From Jimgerdemannia flammicorona (taxonomy: Eukaryota): a stretch of 37,631 bases of DNA. Position numbers and translations under genes: made by a program. The notes below the pieces were generated by a model that saw nothing but the letters and a program-made list of their open reading frames with translations, had not been told where the DNA came from and ran no database searches. Positions within the stretch are counted from its first letter, which is position 1. Each line of letters begins with the position of its first letter. The stretch is from assembly GCA_003990765.1 (NCBI GenBank), contig RBNJ01000186.1, positions 1 through 37,631 on the forward strand. Reading direction: 5' to 3'. This document shows, piece after piece, positions 1 to 11,385 of this stretch.

Positions 1-226
1 CCCCTTTCCCCTTCCTAACCAGAATTCCAACTTTGCCTTGCCAAACCGCCCCCCCACCCCACTCCCTCGTCCATTCCAAACTATCCTCCTCACCCTCACA
101 CCGTACATCTTGAAGTAAGAAGAGATCCGCCTCCAGTTTCCTCAGCCATCCAAAAATCATACATCGCCTCCCAGTCCCCCGTAGCCCATTAACATTCATA
201 GAAAAAATGTTGGTTGTACTATTCAT
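1..226 (-). pseudogene. LINE ORF2 N-terminus, AP-endonuclease (APE) domain, apparently frameshifted in a G-run
   Basis: Manual translation from ATG at 226: MNSTTNIFSMNVNGLRG...WLRKLEADLFLLQDVR...EWTREWGG. After a shift near 49-55 it reads AVWQGKVGILVRK. These match the APE motifs SxNVNGL, DxxxLQE and GVxIL. Confidence 0.85.
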
Positions 227-260
227 AGCAAAGTATTTTAGAGTGATAATATCGCCGCAT

Positions 261-2147
261 CTACAATTCCATGCTCACTTCCTCTCCCGCCAGATCCAGG
301 TGGCATTCCGCCACAACCTCATCTTCGACAATCTGCTGTTTATCCAGAGCTGCCAACATTTCCGCACAGTCCGCGCCATCCACCATATCCATCGTCGCCT
401 GGTGCTCCTCGCACACTACCTGCTACTTCGCCAGTCCCTTTAGCGGCCCCCACAGATATGCTGCCCTTTCATTGGCAATACCCAAGAGAGTCGCCTCCCT
501 TGCCTCGGTGACCTCATACTCCTCTGCCTCCAGAAGCGCGGCCATCAACTCATCCCTCAACTTTCGCACAACCTCCTCCCCCCTCAGCACTCGCCCCCAG
601 AAGTCCTCGCTAATCACCCTGAAGTCAATCTCCCCCAGTTCCTCAGCCGCCACATTCTGCAGCGCCCTCACCAGCCACTTCTCCCCCCCAACTACCTCTG
701 CTGCCTGCACTGATTCTTCCTCTCCCTCCTTCCTCTCCTCAGTCCACACAGACTCATCCCAACCATCCTCCGACACATCCTCCAACTCCCCCTCTCCTAC
801 CTCGGGGACACCATACTGGACCCGATTGTCCTCTGCCATCGCCGTGTCCACTACCACCCCCTCCAGCCCCTGTCCCCCATTCCCCCTAGCCTCCCCCTCC
901 TGATTCCCAGGCTCCGCCCAGATGCTCGCACTTGCTCCAGTGCCCTCTGCCATAGCCCCAGTCTTCGGACCCCCCTCCAAGCCGGCCAGCAAATCCTTCT
1001 GCAGCTGTCGTCCCTTCGCCTTCTCCCAGAGCACCTTGTCCATCCGCACCTTCTTGCCCTCAATCACCTCCACTACCGTCCTAGCCTCATACGCCATCCA
1101 AGCCTTTTGCCTCCTCTCCACTGCCCCCGCCAGGTCCTCAAGCGCCTCCAGCAAGTCCTCCTCATCTTTAGCTGACCCCTTCACTCTCGACACCTTGCAC
1201 TCCACCGGGCCCCACTTTAGTGCCACCAGCCAGTCCTTGGCCTTCCCGGTATTCTCCATCCCAAACAACCGCAGCCGGACATCCACATCATCTGTCCGAA
1301 GCTCCGTCCCCTCCCAAACCCTAAAGCCAATATCGACCACCTCACTATATTCCTTCATCACATCGGTGACCAGCTCCCTTGCCTGGTCCTTCTTCACTGT
1401 CGGCAAATCCGCAATCACCAGATGAACTACCCTGGGATCCCAGCGCATGCACCTCGCCATTGGCACCGAGATCCCCCCAACCACCACACCCTTCTCCACT
1501 GCCTCCAGTAGCAAACCCTCCTCTTCAATCCCCACCTCGACTGCCTCCAGCTTCTTCAAGAACTTAACTGAGGCTGCACCCTTCACCTCACTAGCCAGCA
1601 ACCCTAGCACCATCTTCACCGTCACCGCCAAGCCACGGAAGCACAGTGTGACGGCGAATTCCGATCTAGACTTCTTGAGTAACGGGGCCACCACCAGGCC
1701 CGTCACACCATCAGCCAGGTCCCCAGACCTCGTGCCACACCCCTGTCCAGGTCCCTCATCAGCCGTCACATCTGGATTTTTTTCCAGATTGCCCGTCACA
1801 CTGCCATCAGCAGTCACTGCCTCAGCCCCTACTCCTCCAGCCCCCCTACGCTGACCCTTCAGGGGAGAGGCCTCCTTGCCACTCGTGGCGGCAGTCGCCC
1901 TTCCTAGCTCCAGCCAGCCATCCAGCCCAGTCGCCTGTTTTCCCATCCTGACCTTGTCGGCGAAGGTCATCCTCCTCTCTCCATGTGGCCTTGCACCTCC
2001 TCTGCCGCCACTCCCGGCCCTGCGCCCCCTCAATGAAGCATTCGGCATACCAATACCAGCACCTCGACCCCCCCCCACATGCTGCCAGTCAAAGGCACTG
2101 GGGCCCCCCTGTCCAGTATGCTCACCAGAGTGCGTGTTGCTCGCCAT
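261..2147 (-). pseudogene. LINE ORF1 (nucleic-acid-binding/chaperone protein) with one probable premature stop at 423-425
   Basis: 574-aa ORF 423..2147 with RG-rich N-terminus, a TFADKV motif, RRM-like segments (VVHLVIADLP) and an acidic C-terminus. The frame continues 54 codons past the TAG to a TAG at 261-263, directly upstream of ORF2. Confidence 0.75.
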
Positions 2148-2267
2148 GTTAATAACACCAAGACTTGAAAACGTTGTCGAAAGTGTTGCCTGAAGTTTGT
2201 GTCACCCGAATGTTACCGGTGAAAGGTGTCCAAGGACACATCTGTCAACCCCACCACTAGTCAACCT

Positions 2268-2681
2268 GAGCTCAAGATCAAGAAGCTTCATTTGAAGGTC
2301 CAGGCCCCTCAATATTAAATAGAAGGAGCTATTGGTCTTGACCTACATTTAGTCAAACAAGTCACTATTCCAGCCAAGAGCTGCACTCTGGTGCCTACTA
2401 GAATTGCAGTTCAATATCCTGAAGAAAATTATGCCAAAATTATACTGCAATTAGGACTCAGTATCAAATATTATTTAGATATAAGTACTGGTATCATTGA
2501 CTCAGACTTTCAAGGATAAGTACAAGTTCTACTTATCAATCAGAAGGATCAAGACTACACAGTCAAGGAAGGAGACCAAGTCACACAAATGATCCTAAAA
2601 AAAGCCAGCCAACTCAAGATTACAGAAGTCTAAGAACTTCCTGAAACTGAATGAGATCAAAAAGGTTTTGGCAGTACTGAT
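2268..2681 (+). pseudogene. dUTPase domain of element 1, upstream of and in frame with the protease
   Basis: ELKIKKLH...GAIGLDL (motif I)...QLGLS (II)...GIIDSDFQG*VQVLLIN (III)...GDQVTQM (IV)...TE*DQKGFGSTD (V). Confidence 0.9.
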
Positions 2682-5600
2682 CAAGCAGCAAGTCTTAGTG
2701 AAAATTGAGCTCAAGCTATGTTCATTTTCAAAGGCCTAGTCAAAGGAAAAGAAGTTCAAGTACTTATAGACAGCAGAGCTGCAGGGAACTTCATCAATCA
2801 GAATCTTATTGAAAGCCTCAAGATTCTTACCAAGCCTATATCTAAGAACAATAGTATAGTCACTGCAGATAGTACTCTGTATCCCATTAAGTCAATTGCT
2901 GCCAAACTACTCATCAAGATTCAGAAATATTGAGAATGAGTAGACTTCAAGATTGCACTACTACAAGATCATAATCTGATCTTAGGAAAACCCTGGCTTA
3001 TGAAATACAACCCAGATATTGATTGGTGTAAGAATGAAGTCACTCTACTTTAAGATAGAGCCAATATCACTATCAAGACAGACAAGACCATGAGTAAGAC
3101 CTAGATTACAATACTGTCAGCTATACAGTACAAGAGAGCCCTTAAAAAGACAATGCATGCCTTTATTATAATAGTCTATTCTAAGAAATAAGACAAGAGA
3201 CTATCAGTCAATAAAAGTATCAAGTTACTACTAGAAGAATTCAAGGATGTCTTTCCAGACAAGCTATCTGGTTTACCACCTATACAAGAAGTTGATCATG
3301 AAATCAAACTGACTCCAGGAGTTATACTACCTAAGAAATATATATATCATATATCACTACTTGAAATTGAAGTAGTTAAGAAAGAACTAGAAGAGCTACT
3401 TATATGAGGAGCCATTCAACTAAGCAAATCTCCTTATGGCTCACCAGTCTTATTTGTCAAGAAGAAGGATAGTACTCTGCAAATATATATAGACTATCAT
3501 GCACTCAATAAACTCACTGTCAAGAACTGCTATCTGCTACTCTTAAGTGAACAAATCTTTAATACTCTCAAGAATGCCAAGTACTTCACTAAGTTAGACC
3601 TCATATTAGAATACTACCAGATTTGAATCAAGCCAGAAGACATTCTCAAGACTGCATTCATGACCCCCTTTGGACTTTATAAATTCCTGATCTTAGTATT
3701 TGGTCCTATCAATGTATCTGCCACATTCCAGACCCTGATGAATAAGATATTCAAGGACCAACTATTTATTTTTCTATTGGTATATCTTGACAACATCCTG
3801 ATCTTTAGTATAACTAAAGAAGAATACCTTAAATACATTCAAATAGTTCTGGAGATTCTGTGAAAATATAAGCTTTATGCTAAGCTTAAGAAGTGTGAAT
3901 TCTTTAAGAAACAAGTCAAATACCTTGATCACATTGTCTCTGTACAAGAAATTTAAGTAGACCCACATAAGATAGAAGCAATTGAAGAATAGCCCATTCT
4001 GTCAAATCTCACAGAACTCCAATCCTTTCTTGGTCTAGCTGGCTACTACTACCACTTTATTAGAAACTTCTCTGGCATTACTGAGCTGCTGACTAACCTC
4101 ATGAGGAAGACCTCACACTCAGACCACTATGTACCCTATATCTGGGACCTCTTCTGTCAATAAGTCTTTCAAGAACTCAAGAACTGCCTGACCCATGCTC
4201 TAGTCTTGCATAATGTAGATCAAGGCCTAAAATTCATAGTCACCACTGATGTATTGAATTTTACTATTGGAGTAGTCCTATCATAAGATGATGACAAAAA
4301 ACATCATCTTATTGCTTTCAAGTTCCACAAGTTGGCTCCAGCTAAACAAAAGCTAGCCACTCATAAGAAGAAACTACTGGCAATAATATATATACTAGAC
4401 TACTAGTAATACTATCTAGAAGGTATTGAGTTTAATGTCATTACCAATCATCAATCTCTCAACTATTAACACCCAATCTACTATGTTATATCTATAAGCC
4501 AAGTGGAGCCTCAAGCTTCAAACCTTCAATTCAATAATCATCTATAAGCCTGGCAAGATACTTGTAGTACCAGATACCTTATCAAGATACCCAGATCTTA
4601 ACACAATTATGTAAGTCACCTTAGCATCAGAATTCCTAGACCAAATCAGGCAAGTTTATAAAGAAGATATAGTTGCCACTTGAGTTTTCTTGAATGAGCT
4701 CAAGGATATATACATATACTATTAATAACAATCTGATCTATCATCAAGATCAAGTCTACCTATCTGAAAACATAAATCTATACTATAAGATTTTGCAAGA
4801 ACACCATAACTCTCCTCTTACCAGTTATCTGGAAATTGAGAAGACTGTCAAGAACATCCAATGCCACTACTATTGGCTAAGTATGGTCAAGGAAATCAAG
4901 AACTATATTACTAGCTGTGATCTATGCCAGTACAATAAGTCTACCAATCAAGCACTAGCTAGTTTGCTACAACTACTGCTAATTCTTACTAAGAAATTTG
5001 AGTAAGTTACTATAGACTTTGTAACTCAACTATCACAAACTCAATCTGGTGCTGATACTATTGTCATATTCATTAACCACCTAACTAAGACTATAGTTGC
5101 TGAACTAATCACTATCAATATTACTATACTTGAGATTGCAAGAATCTTCTTCAAGTCTGTCTTTCATCACTATGGCCTATTATGAGTAATTGTTAGTGAT
5201 CATGACCTGAAGTTTACTAGTCACTTCTGATAAACTCTCTTCAAGACCCTGGGAATCCAATTGGCTATATTTACTGCCTTTCACCTACAAACTGATAGAC
5301 AAATCAAGCACATGAACAGAACTCTAAAACAAATGCTTAGAAACTATATTTCTTATAAGCAAGATGATTGGAACCACTATCTGATTTATGTAGAGTTTGT
5401 ATACAACAATACCATCCAATTATCTACTGGTCTTTTCCCTTTCTGGTTACTTTATGGTCAAGATCCTGAGACCCCTGCAAGTCTATTTCCTTTCAAGAAA
5501 ACCAGTCAAATATAAGTCCCAACCACTAAGAACCTTACAGACAAAATAGACAAACTACTCAAGATTACTACTGTGAATCTTCAGAAGACTCAACAGCATC

Positions 5601-5910
5601 AAGCCAAGTATGCTAATAAGAAATGTCATGATGTCACTTACACTGTTGGAGATCAGTTCTACTGTCTACCAAGAACCTCAAGATACAATCTCAAGTTAAC
5701 TATCCTTCAAACAAGTTCCAACTTAAGTATATTGAACCTTTTGAGATTACTAAACAGATCTCTTCATCCTCCTACTGCCTCAAGCTACCTAAAACTATGA
5801 GAGGACACTCAGTCTTTTATATGTCATATCTCAAGACCTAGAACCAGTCACTACTCTACTCTAGTTGAATTCCTAAACCTTCTATCCCTGTAATTATTAA
5901 AGACCATATT

Positions 5911-6087
5911 GAGTATGAAGCTGAGAAAATTCTTAACAAACAAATTCACTACCACTGTCTTGAATACCTAGTCAAGTGGATGGGTTACCCTAAATATGAT
6001 GCTACCTGGGAACCACTAGTCAACCTCAAGAACTCTCAAGATCTAGTTCAAGATTTTGAGGAAAAATATATTACTCAATCTCTATAG
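5911..6087 (+). pseudogene. Chromodomain at the integrase C-terminus of element 1
   Basis: EYEAEKILNKQ...LEYLVKWMGYPKYDATWEPLVNLKNSQDLVQDFE, then TAG at 6085-6087. Confidence 0.92.
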
Positions 6088-6267
6088 TAACTTTCTTAGA
6101 TTATTGATGACCTATAGCAATGACCAGTATCTTATATGTCAAAAGTTTACTTTGGGACCCCAGAACCAGCAGAACATTTAATAAACAAGAAGTTCACTGA
6201 AATAAAGCTACTAGCTGGATTTGAACCCCTCTCAGTTGATTCATCTAGTAATAAGCTCTCTGCACTA

Positions 6268-6301
<34 letters not shown>

Positions 6302-6499
6302 TTTTTAACAGACTCAATATCCCACAGAATTTTATTGGAAGAGAACCTAGACTATATAGGCCAAAACCCTCCCCCACCACCCATCAAGCACTGCCCCCCC
6401 ATTAATCTAGGCTAGTGCTCTGAATAAGTTAATTTGAATCAAATCTGGATTCGATTCATCACATGATGGTTTGATCTAAATCTCAAATCCGAAGCCATC

Positions 6500-6680
6500 T
6501 GAATCAACTTGGATTAATCTGAATCACTCAATCTGAATCACTCAATCCAAATTACTCAATCTGAATCACTCAATCTGAATCCTCCAATTCAAATCCTCTA
6601 ATTCAAATTCTCCAATTCGAATCCTTCAATCCAAATTCTCATCTGAATCCTTCAACTGAATCCTCCAATCTAAATCCTCC
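6500..6680 (+). repeat. Left subterminal ~14-bp tandem repeats (consensus about TCCGAATCACTCAA/TCCGAATCCTCCAA), probable transposase-binding array
   Basis: Visible tandem units next to the TIR. A longer array is in the inner copy at ~11050-11285; GATCAATC repeats occur at the right ends. Confidence 0.7.
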
Positions 6681-6785
6681 ACATGACTCATATGCTGGAT
6701 GCATCTACAATACAATATATACATATGCATATATAATACACATACATACATACATACATATGCACATGCAAACATGCAAACACAC

Positions 6786-9378
6786 ATGTCGACAGATCAG
6801 TCTTCAATAGTTTACAGTACTAATGATGCTTCAAGTCAAACATCCCTGATAGTTCCACACCTTCTATACAATCCTTGCTCCAAAATCTGACAACATTGTG
6901 CTAAGATAGGAGATGATGTTGTTTGTAATTATTGTAGGTAAAAAATTAAGATGCACCTATTGACACTTTTTGTTTTGACACATATATAATATTGTTTCAT
7001 CCACCCTCATAAACTGCACCAGCCAGAAGTTCAAAATGCTTGGTGGTATGACTTCGAACATGAATTAACACATAAAAGACAAGTACTCTAACAAAATCAA
7101 AAAGAACATGGAGACAAATAAAATTGACATCCAAGCTGTGGTGGGTACATTTATCCAATTGCCTGACCATTTCTGTACCAACAATGCTATTTAATCAAAA
7201 ATATTTAGCCATACTCTTTGACAGAATTTCAAAATTGACTCATTCACTGAATTGTATGCACAGACCAGCCATTCACAATCATTGAGAGTAATCAATTGTA
7301 TAGTATCTTTGGCCTCCTCAAGCATGATTTATATTTGCCAAGTACCGATACTATTTGCAATGATATCCTGGAGGCCTATAGGAAGGAGCATGACAATCTC
7401 TGCCAGATACTTCAGATAAAATAAGGGCAGCACCATGACCTTTGCAAGCTGAATTATATAAAAGAGCTCACCAATTTAACCTCACATTCAATAAGCAGAA
7501 TTCAGCAGGCAAAATTTCGTTTACGATTAACACATAGATATCCCCCAATGCAATTTCATTTCTGGGTATTACCAGTCATTGAATTGACCTCAATTGGCAG
7601 CTTAAATCTCTCACTCTTGACTTTGTCAAACTTGCTGGCCCTCATTCTGGAGACAACATCACAGATGCTTTTATTAGTTATATCTGAGAGCTTAGAATCA
7701 CAACCAAGGTAAAAAAGAGGGGCTTGCCATCAGGTCAGTGTTTTGAGGGAGGTCCTAAAATAAACCAGATTTTATTGGTTATTTATTTTCGCATAAATTC
7801 ATCAACTGAATATTTTAAGTATAGATTTTGGCCATTACAATGGACAATGCCACAAACAACTCAACATTTTTCAAAGTTTTAGCAGCCAGTCTCAAACAGG
7901 AAAATGTGGTCTTCAGTGCAGAAAGCTGCCATATGCAATACCAGGCCCACATACTGAACCTTGCTGTTCAGGACTATCTTATGCATGTAGACAAAACATC
8001 TAAGAGAGGAGGGACCCTGAGTATAATTTCCAAGCTACACAAACTGATTGTATCAATCTGATTGTCCTCACAATGATGAGACAAATTCACTATACAGTAT
8101 AGGGCAATCAGTTTAGCCCCAAAAGAGCTTATATTAGATGTCTATATACATTGGAACTCAACATTTGTAATGATCCAGTACACGTTGGAGTTTGCTATGG
8201 TATGCATTCTTTTTTTCTTTAGTCAGCTGAAGCAACTTGTTTTGGATGATTGAAGATTTATTTTAAAAAAAAAAAAAAAACAAAAAAAGCCAATAGATTC
8301 AACAGTGGCTGCCGACAAGGAAATATGGGCTGAGACTCTAGGTGAAAGCGAGTGGGACATACTTAGGAATGTTGTCAGAGTTTTGGAAGTAAGTGGTAAT
8401 TGCTCTGGCTTCACACTTGTTTTGTCAGCCTCCACACTTGTTTTGTCTGCCTCCATACAATACAATACCTCACCACATATAACTGCCAGTGTTTCAATAA
8501 TTGTATGAAGGATATAGTCAAACAAATGACTCCAACAATAAGCTCAGCAATACCAGTATACAACCTTCTGATTGACTGGCTAGAGGATAAGCTTAAGGAC
8601 AGGCTAGAGGATTGCGGTAATTTATGGTTGAGCCTGGATCAGAGAGATGCCATGGAGGTTACTCTTAGTAAGCTCAGAAAGTACTACTCCCAAACAGATA
8701 CCACCATATACTCAATTAGTACAGGTATATTGATGTTGGCATGTGGCCATTGCCCCTTCCAAAACAGAGAAATCCCAGTAAAAACTCACTCTTTTCTTTT
8801 CTTCGAACAGTGCTGGACCCATGCTTAAAGCTACAATACCATAAAGATCAGGGCTGAGAGCAGTACTTCATTGAGAGAACCAAGCAGGCCATAATCGAAG
8901 TGTACTGGAAAAACTATGTGCTGCCACAAGGTTCCGGCCAAAGTCCAGATGAATATGCTAAGGGATCCCTCCTGTCCCATATTTACTTCAGCAGAAAGAG
9001 GAAGAGGGAGCTGTCAGTGAAAGAGCTGCCATCAATAGATGAACTTACCATTTATCTTATCAGTGACTACATGATCCTACTGGAGGGTGCGAAGGTGCTC
9101 AACTGGTGGAAGGTAGATTGTCAGGTGGGTGTTGGATCAATTTAACCCATCAATCTAACCACCACTCTACCCACTGGGGCATGCAGCTGCATCAAATGGA
9201 CTTCCCCAGCCTGTGTGGTATAGCTCAAGACTACCTGGCAATTTCTGCCTCCAGTGCTCCCATCGAGTAGGTGTTCTTAGATAGGGTAGACCTCATTGTT
9301 CCAAAGAGGTGTACACTGAATGCTGAGACAATCTGAGTGTATATGTATCTGAAGTCTTGGTGGGGCTCAGGCTGCTAA
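6786..9378 (+). pseudogene. hAT transposase (BED zinc finger, DDE, C-terminal dimerization domain), about 8 spliceosomal introns, inactivated
   Basis: Exons read I*QH..VVCNYC / TSNMN*HI (BED); DQPFTIIES; KISFTINT*(D-x-W); GPHSG; ILAITMDNATNN; QAHILNLAVQD; LDVYIHWNST; PTISSAIP; KLRKYY; VLDP; NWWK; AQDYLAISASSAPIE*VF. GT..AG introns separate them. Start approximate. Confidence 0.92.
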
Positions 9379-9489
9379 AATTCGACAGGTCCTGGGGGTT
9401 TACAGATAAGTTGGTTGGCCTTGTGAAATATTTAATATCTTTCAAAAATAATAAAAAGGTAAAAAATCCTGAGGACTTGGCCTGGAGTT

Positions 9490-10390
9490 TGCAGCCCAAG
9501 TGAGCAGCAGTCAGCAGGGTTGGCAGAAGTGGTGGAGGGAGCATGCAATGTTTGTGGCCCTCTGCCAGCAGCAAGGGGCAGCCCCAAGCTATCAGTGCCC
9601 AGGTTGGTGGACAGGTCAGTGGGTGGGCGTGGGGTTGGCAGAGGGAGCATACAAAATTTACAGCCCTCTGCTGGCAGCAAGGGGCAGCCCCAAGCCGCAA
9701 GTGTCCCAGTTGGGGGGAGTTGGTAGAGAGTGGGTTAGCAGAGGGGGGGTTGGCAGAGGGGGGGTTGGCAGAGGGAGAGTTGGTGGAGGGGGGGTTGGCA
9801 GAGAGAGTGCACAAAACTTACAGCCCTCTACCAGCAGCAAAGGGCAGCCCCAAGCTATCAGCACTTAGATCAGTGGGTGGGGTCAGTTGGCGGAGTTGGT
9901 GGGTATAGGGTCAGTGGAGAGAGCGTACAAAATTTACGGCCCTTTGCCAGCAGCAAGGAGCAGTCCTGAGCTGCAAGTGTCCAGGATGGGTGGGCAGGCA
10001 GAGGAAGCATGCAAAATTTGTGGCCCTCCGCCAGCAGCGAGGGGCAGCCCCAAGCTATCAGCACTCAGGTCAGTGGGCAGAGTTGGTTGGTAGGGTTGGT
10101 AGGCATGGGGTTGGCGAGAGAGTGCATAAAATTTGCAGCCCTCCGCTGGCAGCAAGGGGCAGCCCCAAGCTACAAGTGTCTGGGACAGGCAGGGCAGGTG
10201 GAGGGAGTATGCAAAATTTGTGGCCCTCTGCCAGCGCCATAGGGGCAGCCCTAAGCTGCTAAGGAGTTCAGGGCGAAGGGTGCTTCTGATGGTCAGAGGG
10301 TGCTTCTAGTAGTCAGAGGGTACTTCTGGCAGTCAGAGAGTATTTCTGGTGGTCGGAGGGTACTTCTGGTGGTTGAAGTCTACCACAGAT
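9490..10390 (+). repeat. GC-rich compound repeat between the convergent hAT genes (~110-180-bp units, plus 15-bp and ~20-bp arrays)
   Basis: Core GAGGGAGCATGCAAAATTTGTGGCCCTCCGCCAGCAGCAAGGGGCAGCCCCAAGC about 7 times; GGGGGGTTGGCAGAG array at ~9715-9805; GGGTGCTTCTGGTGGTCAGA array at ~10278-10375. Confidence 0.85.
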
Positions 10391-11385
10391 TTGGGCCCTG
10401 TCGCCAGTTTGGGTCCCACAGGCACCCTGGCCCTGTGCCACAATGCCGCATCAGTGGCACTACAGAGCAGGGCCAAGGGGCTGATAGGGCTCTATATAAT
10501 GGCTAAGTTAGTACTACAGAAGAGGCATCTGGCCCAACCCCCTACATAAGACTACCCAACCTACACAAAATGACTGCCTATCTCTTGCGAAAGATTGCCT
10601 AACCCTTACAAAAACTGCTCCACCTGCTAGTCCCAGGCCTTGATGAGCCTATCATCTATTGTGAGTATAATGACTATTGTGTCTGAGCTCTCCTTGAAGG
10701 TGACAGTGCTATGGTGGTCATGTGGTTGGAAGAGGACAGCCATGTTGGCCACAAACAGGACCCTGAAACCATAGGTGAGATCATACCAGACTCCACTGCT
10801 ATCCTCCCAGGTTGGGCCCTTCCTTTCTGGGATATAAAACATTACCAGAGTGACATTGTTGTCTGTGTGTATGGGCAGAGAAACATTGTACCCGACATAT
10901 CCTAATATGATACAAATATATGATTGAGTGAACCCTTGGTTCAGGATAGTGCTCTGAATGAGTCAATTTGAATCAAATCTGGATTCAATTTGTCACATAA
11001 TGGTTTGATCTGAATCTCAAATCCAAAGCCATCTGAATCAACTTGGATTAATCCAAATCACCCCATCCAAATCACTCTATCCGAATCACCTATCCAAACC
11101 ACCCCAATCCAAATCACTCAATCTGAATTACTCAATCCAAATCACTCAATCTGAATCACTCAATCTGAATCACTCAATCCGAATCCTCCAATTTGAATCC
11201 TCTAATTTGAATCCTCTAATTCAAATCCTCCAATCCGAATCCTCATCCAAATCCTTCAACCGAATCCTCTAATCCAAATCCTCTACATGACTCATATACC
11301 AGATGCATCCATAATACAATATATACATATGTATATACAATACATACACATACACACACATGCATATGCAAATATGCAAACACAC

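Larger units (their letters stand above)
1..2228 (-). mobile_element. Non-LTR retrotransposon (LINE, L1/Tx1-like), 5' part; continues past the left edge; inserted into the chromovirus upstream of its dUTPase
   Basis: ORF1 followed by an APE-endonuclease ORF2 start on the minus strand. CpG-rich, with an abrupt switch to CpG-depleted gypsy sequence at about 2225-2231 (boundary approximate). Confidence 0.85.
2229..6087 (+). mobile_element. Degenerate Ty3/gypsy chromovirus pol region (element 1): dUTPase-protease-RT-RNaseH-integrase-chromodomain
   Basis: Decayed motifs in order: dUTPase; VLIDSRA (DSGA) and LILGKPWL; SPYGSPVLFVKKKD; LVYLDNILIFS (YLDD); VTTD..FTIGVVL; H...H...CDLC zinc finger; DFVTQL; FHLQTDRQ; VGD; chromodomain. 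Many transition-derived stops. Confidence 0.93.

Noticed and set aside
207..2193. Plus-strand Ser/Pro-rich ORFs (271..903, 922..1425, 1447..1854, 1876..2193)
   Set aside because: Antisense shadows of the purine-rich LINE ORF1; no independent motifs.
6206..6271. Functional tRNA gene
   Set aside because: Interrupted, with imperfect T-stem and D-arm and no clear anticodon arm; kept only as a tRNA-like relic.
6136..6415. ORFs with poly-Phe or poly-Lys
   Set aside because: Translations of the (TA)n and poly(T) retroposon tail.
9293..10549. Many overlapping ORFs on both strands (also 13863-14753)
   Set aside because: They arise from GC-rich tandem repeats; frames and copy numbers differ between the two hAT copies.
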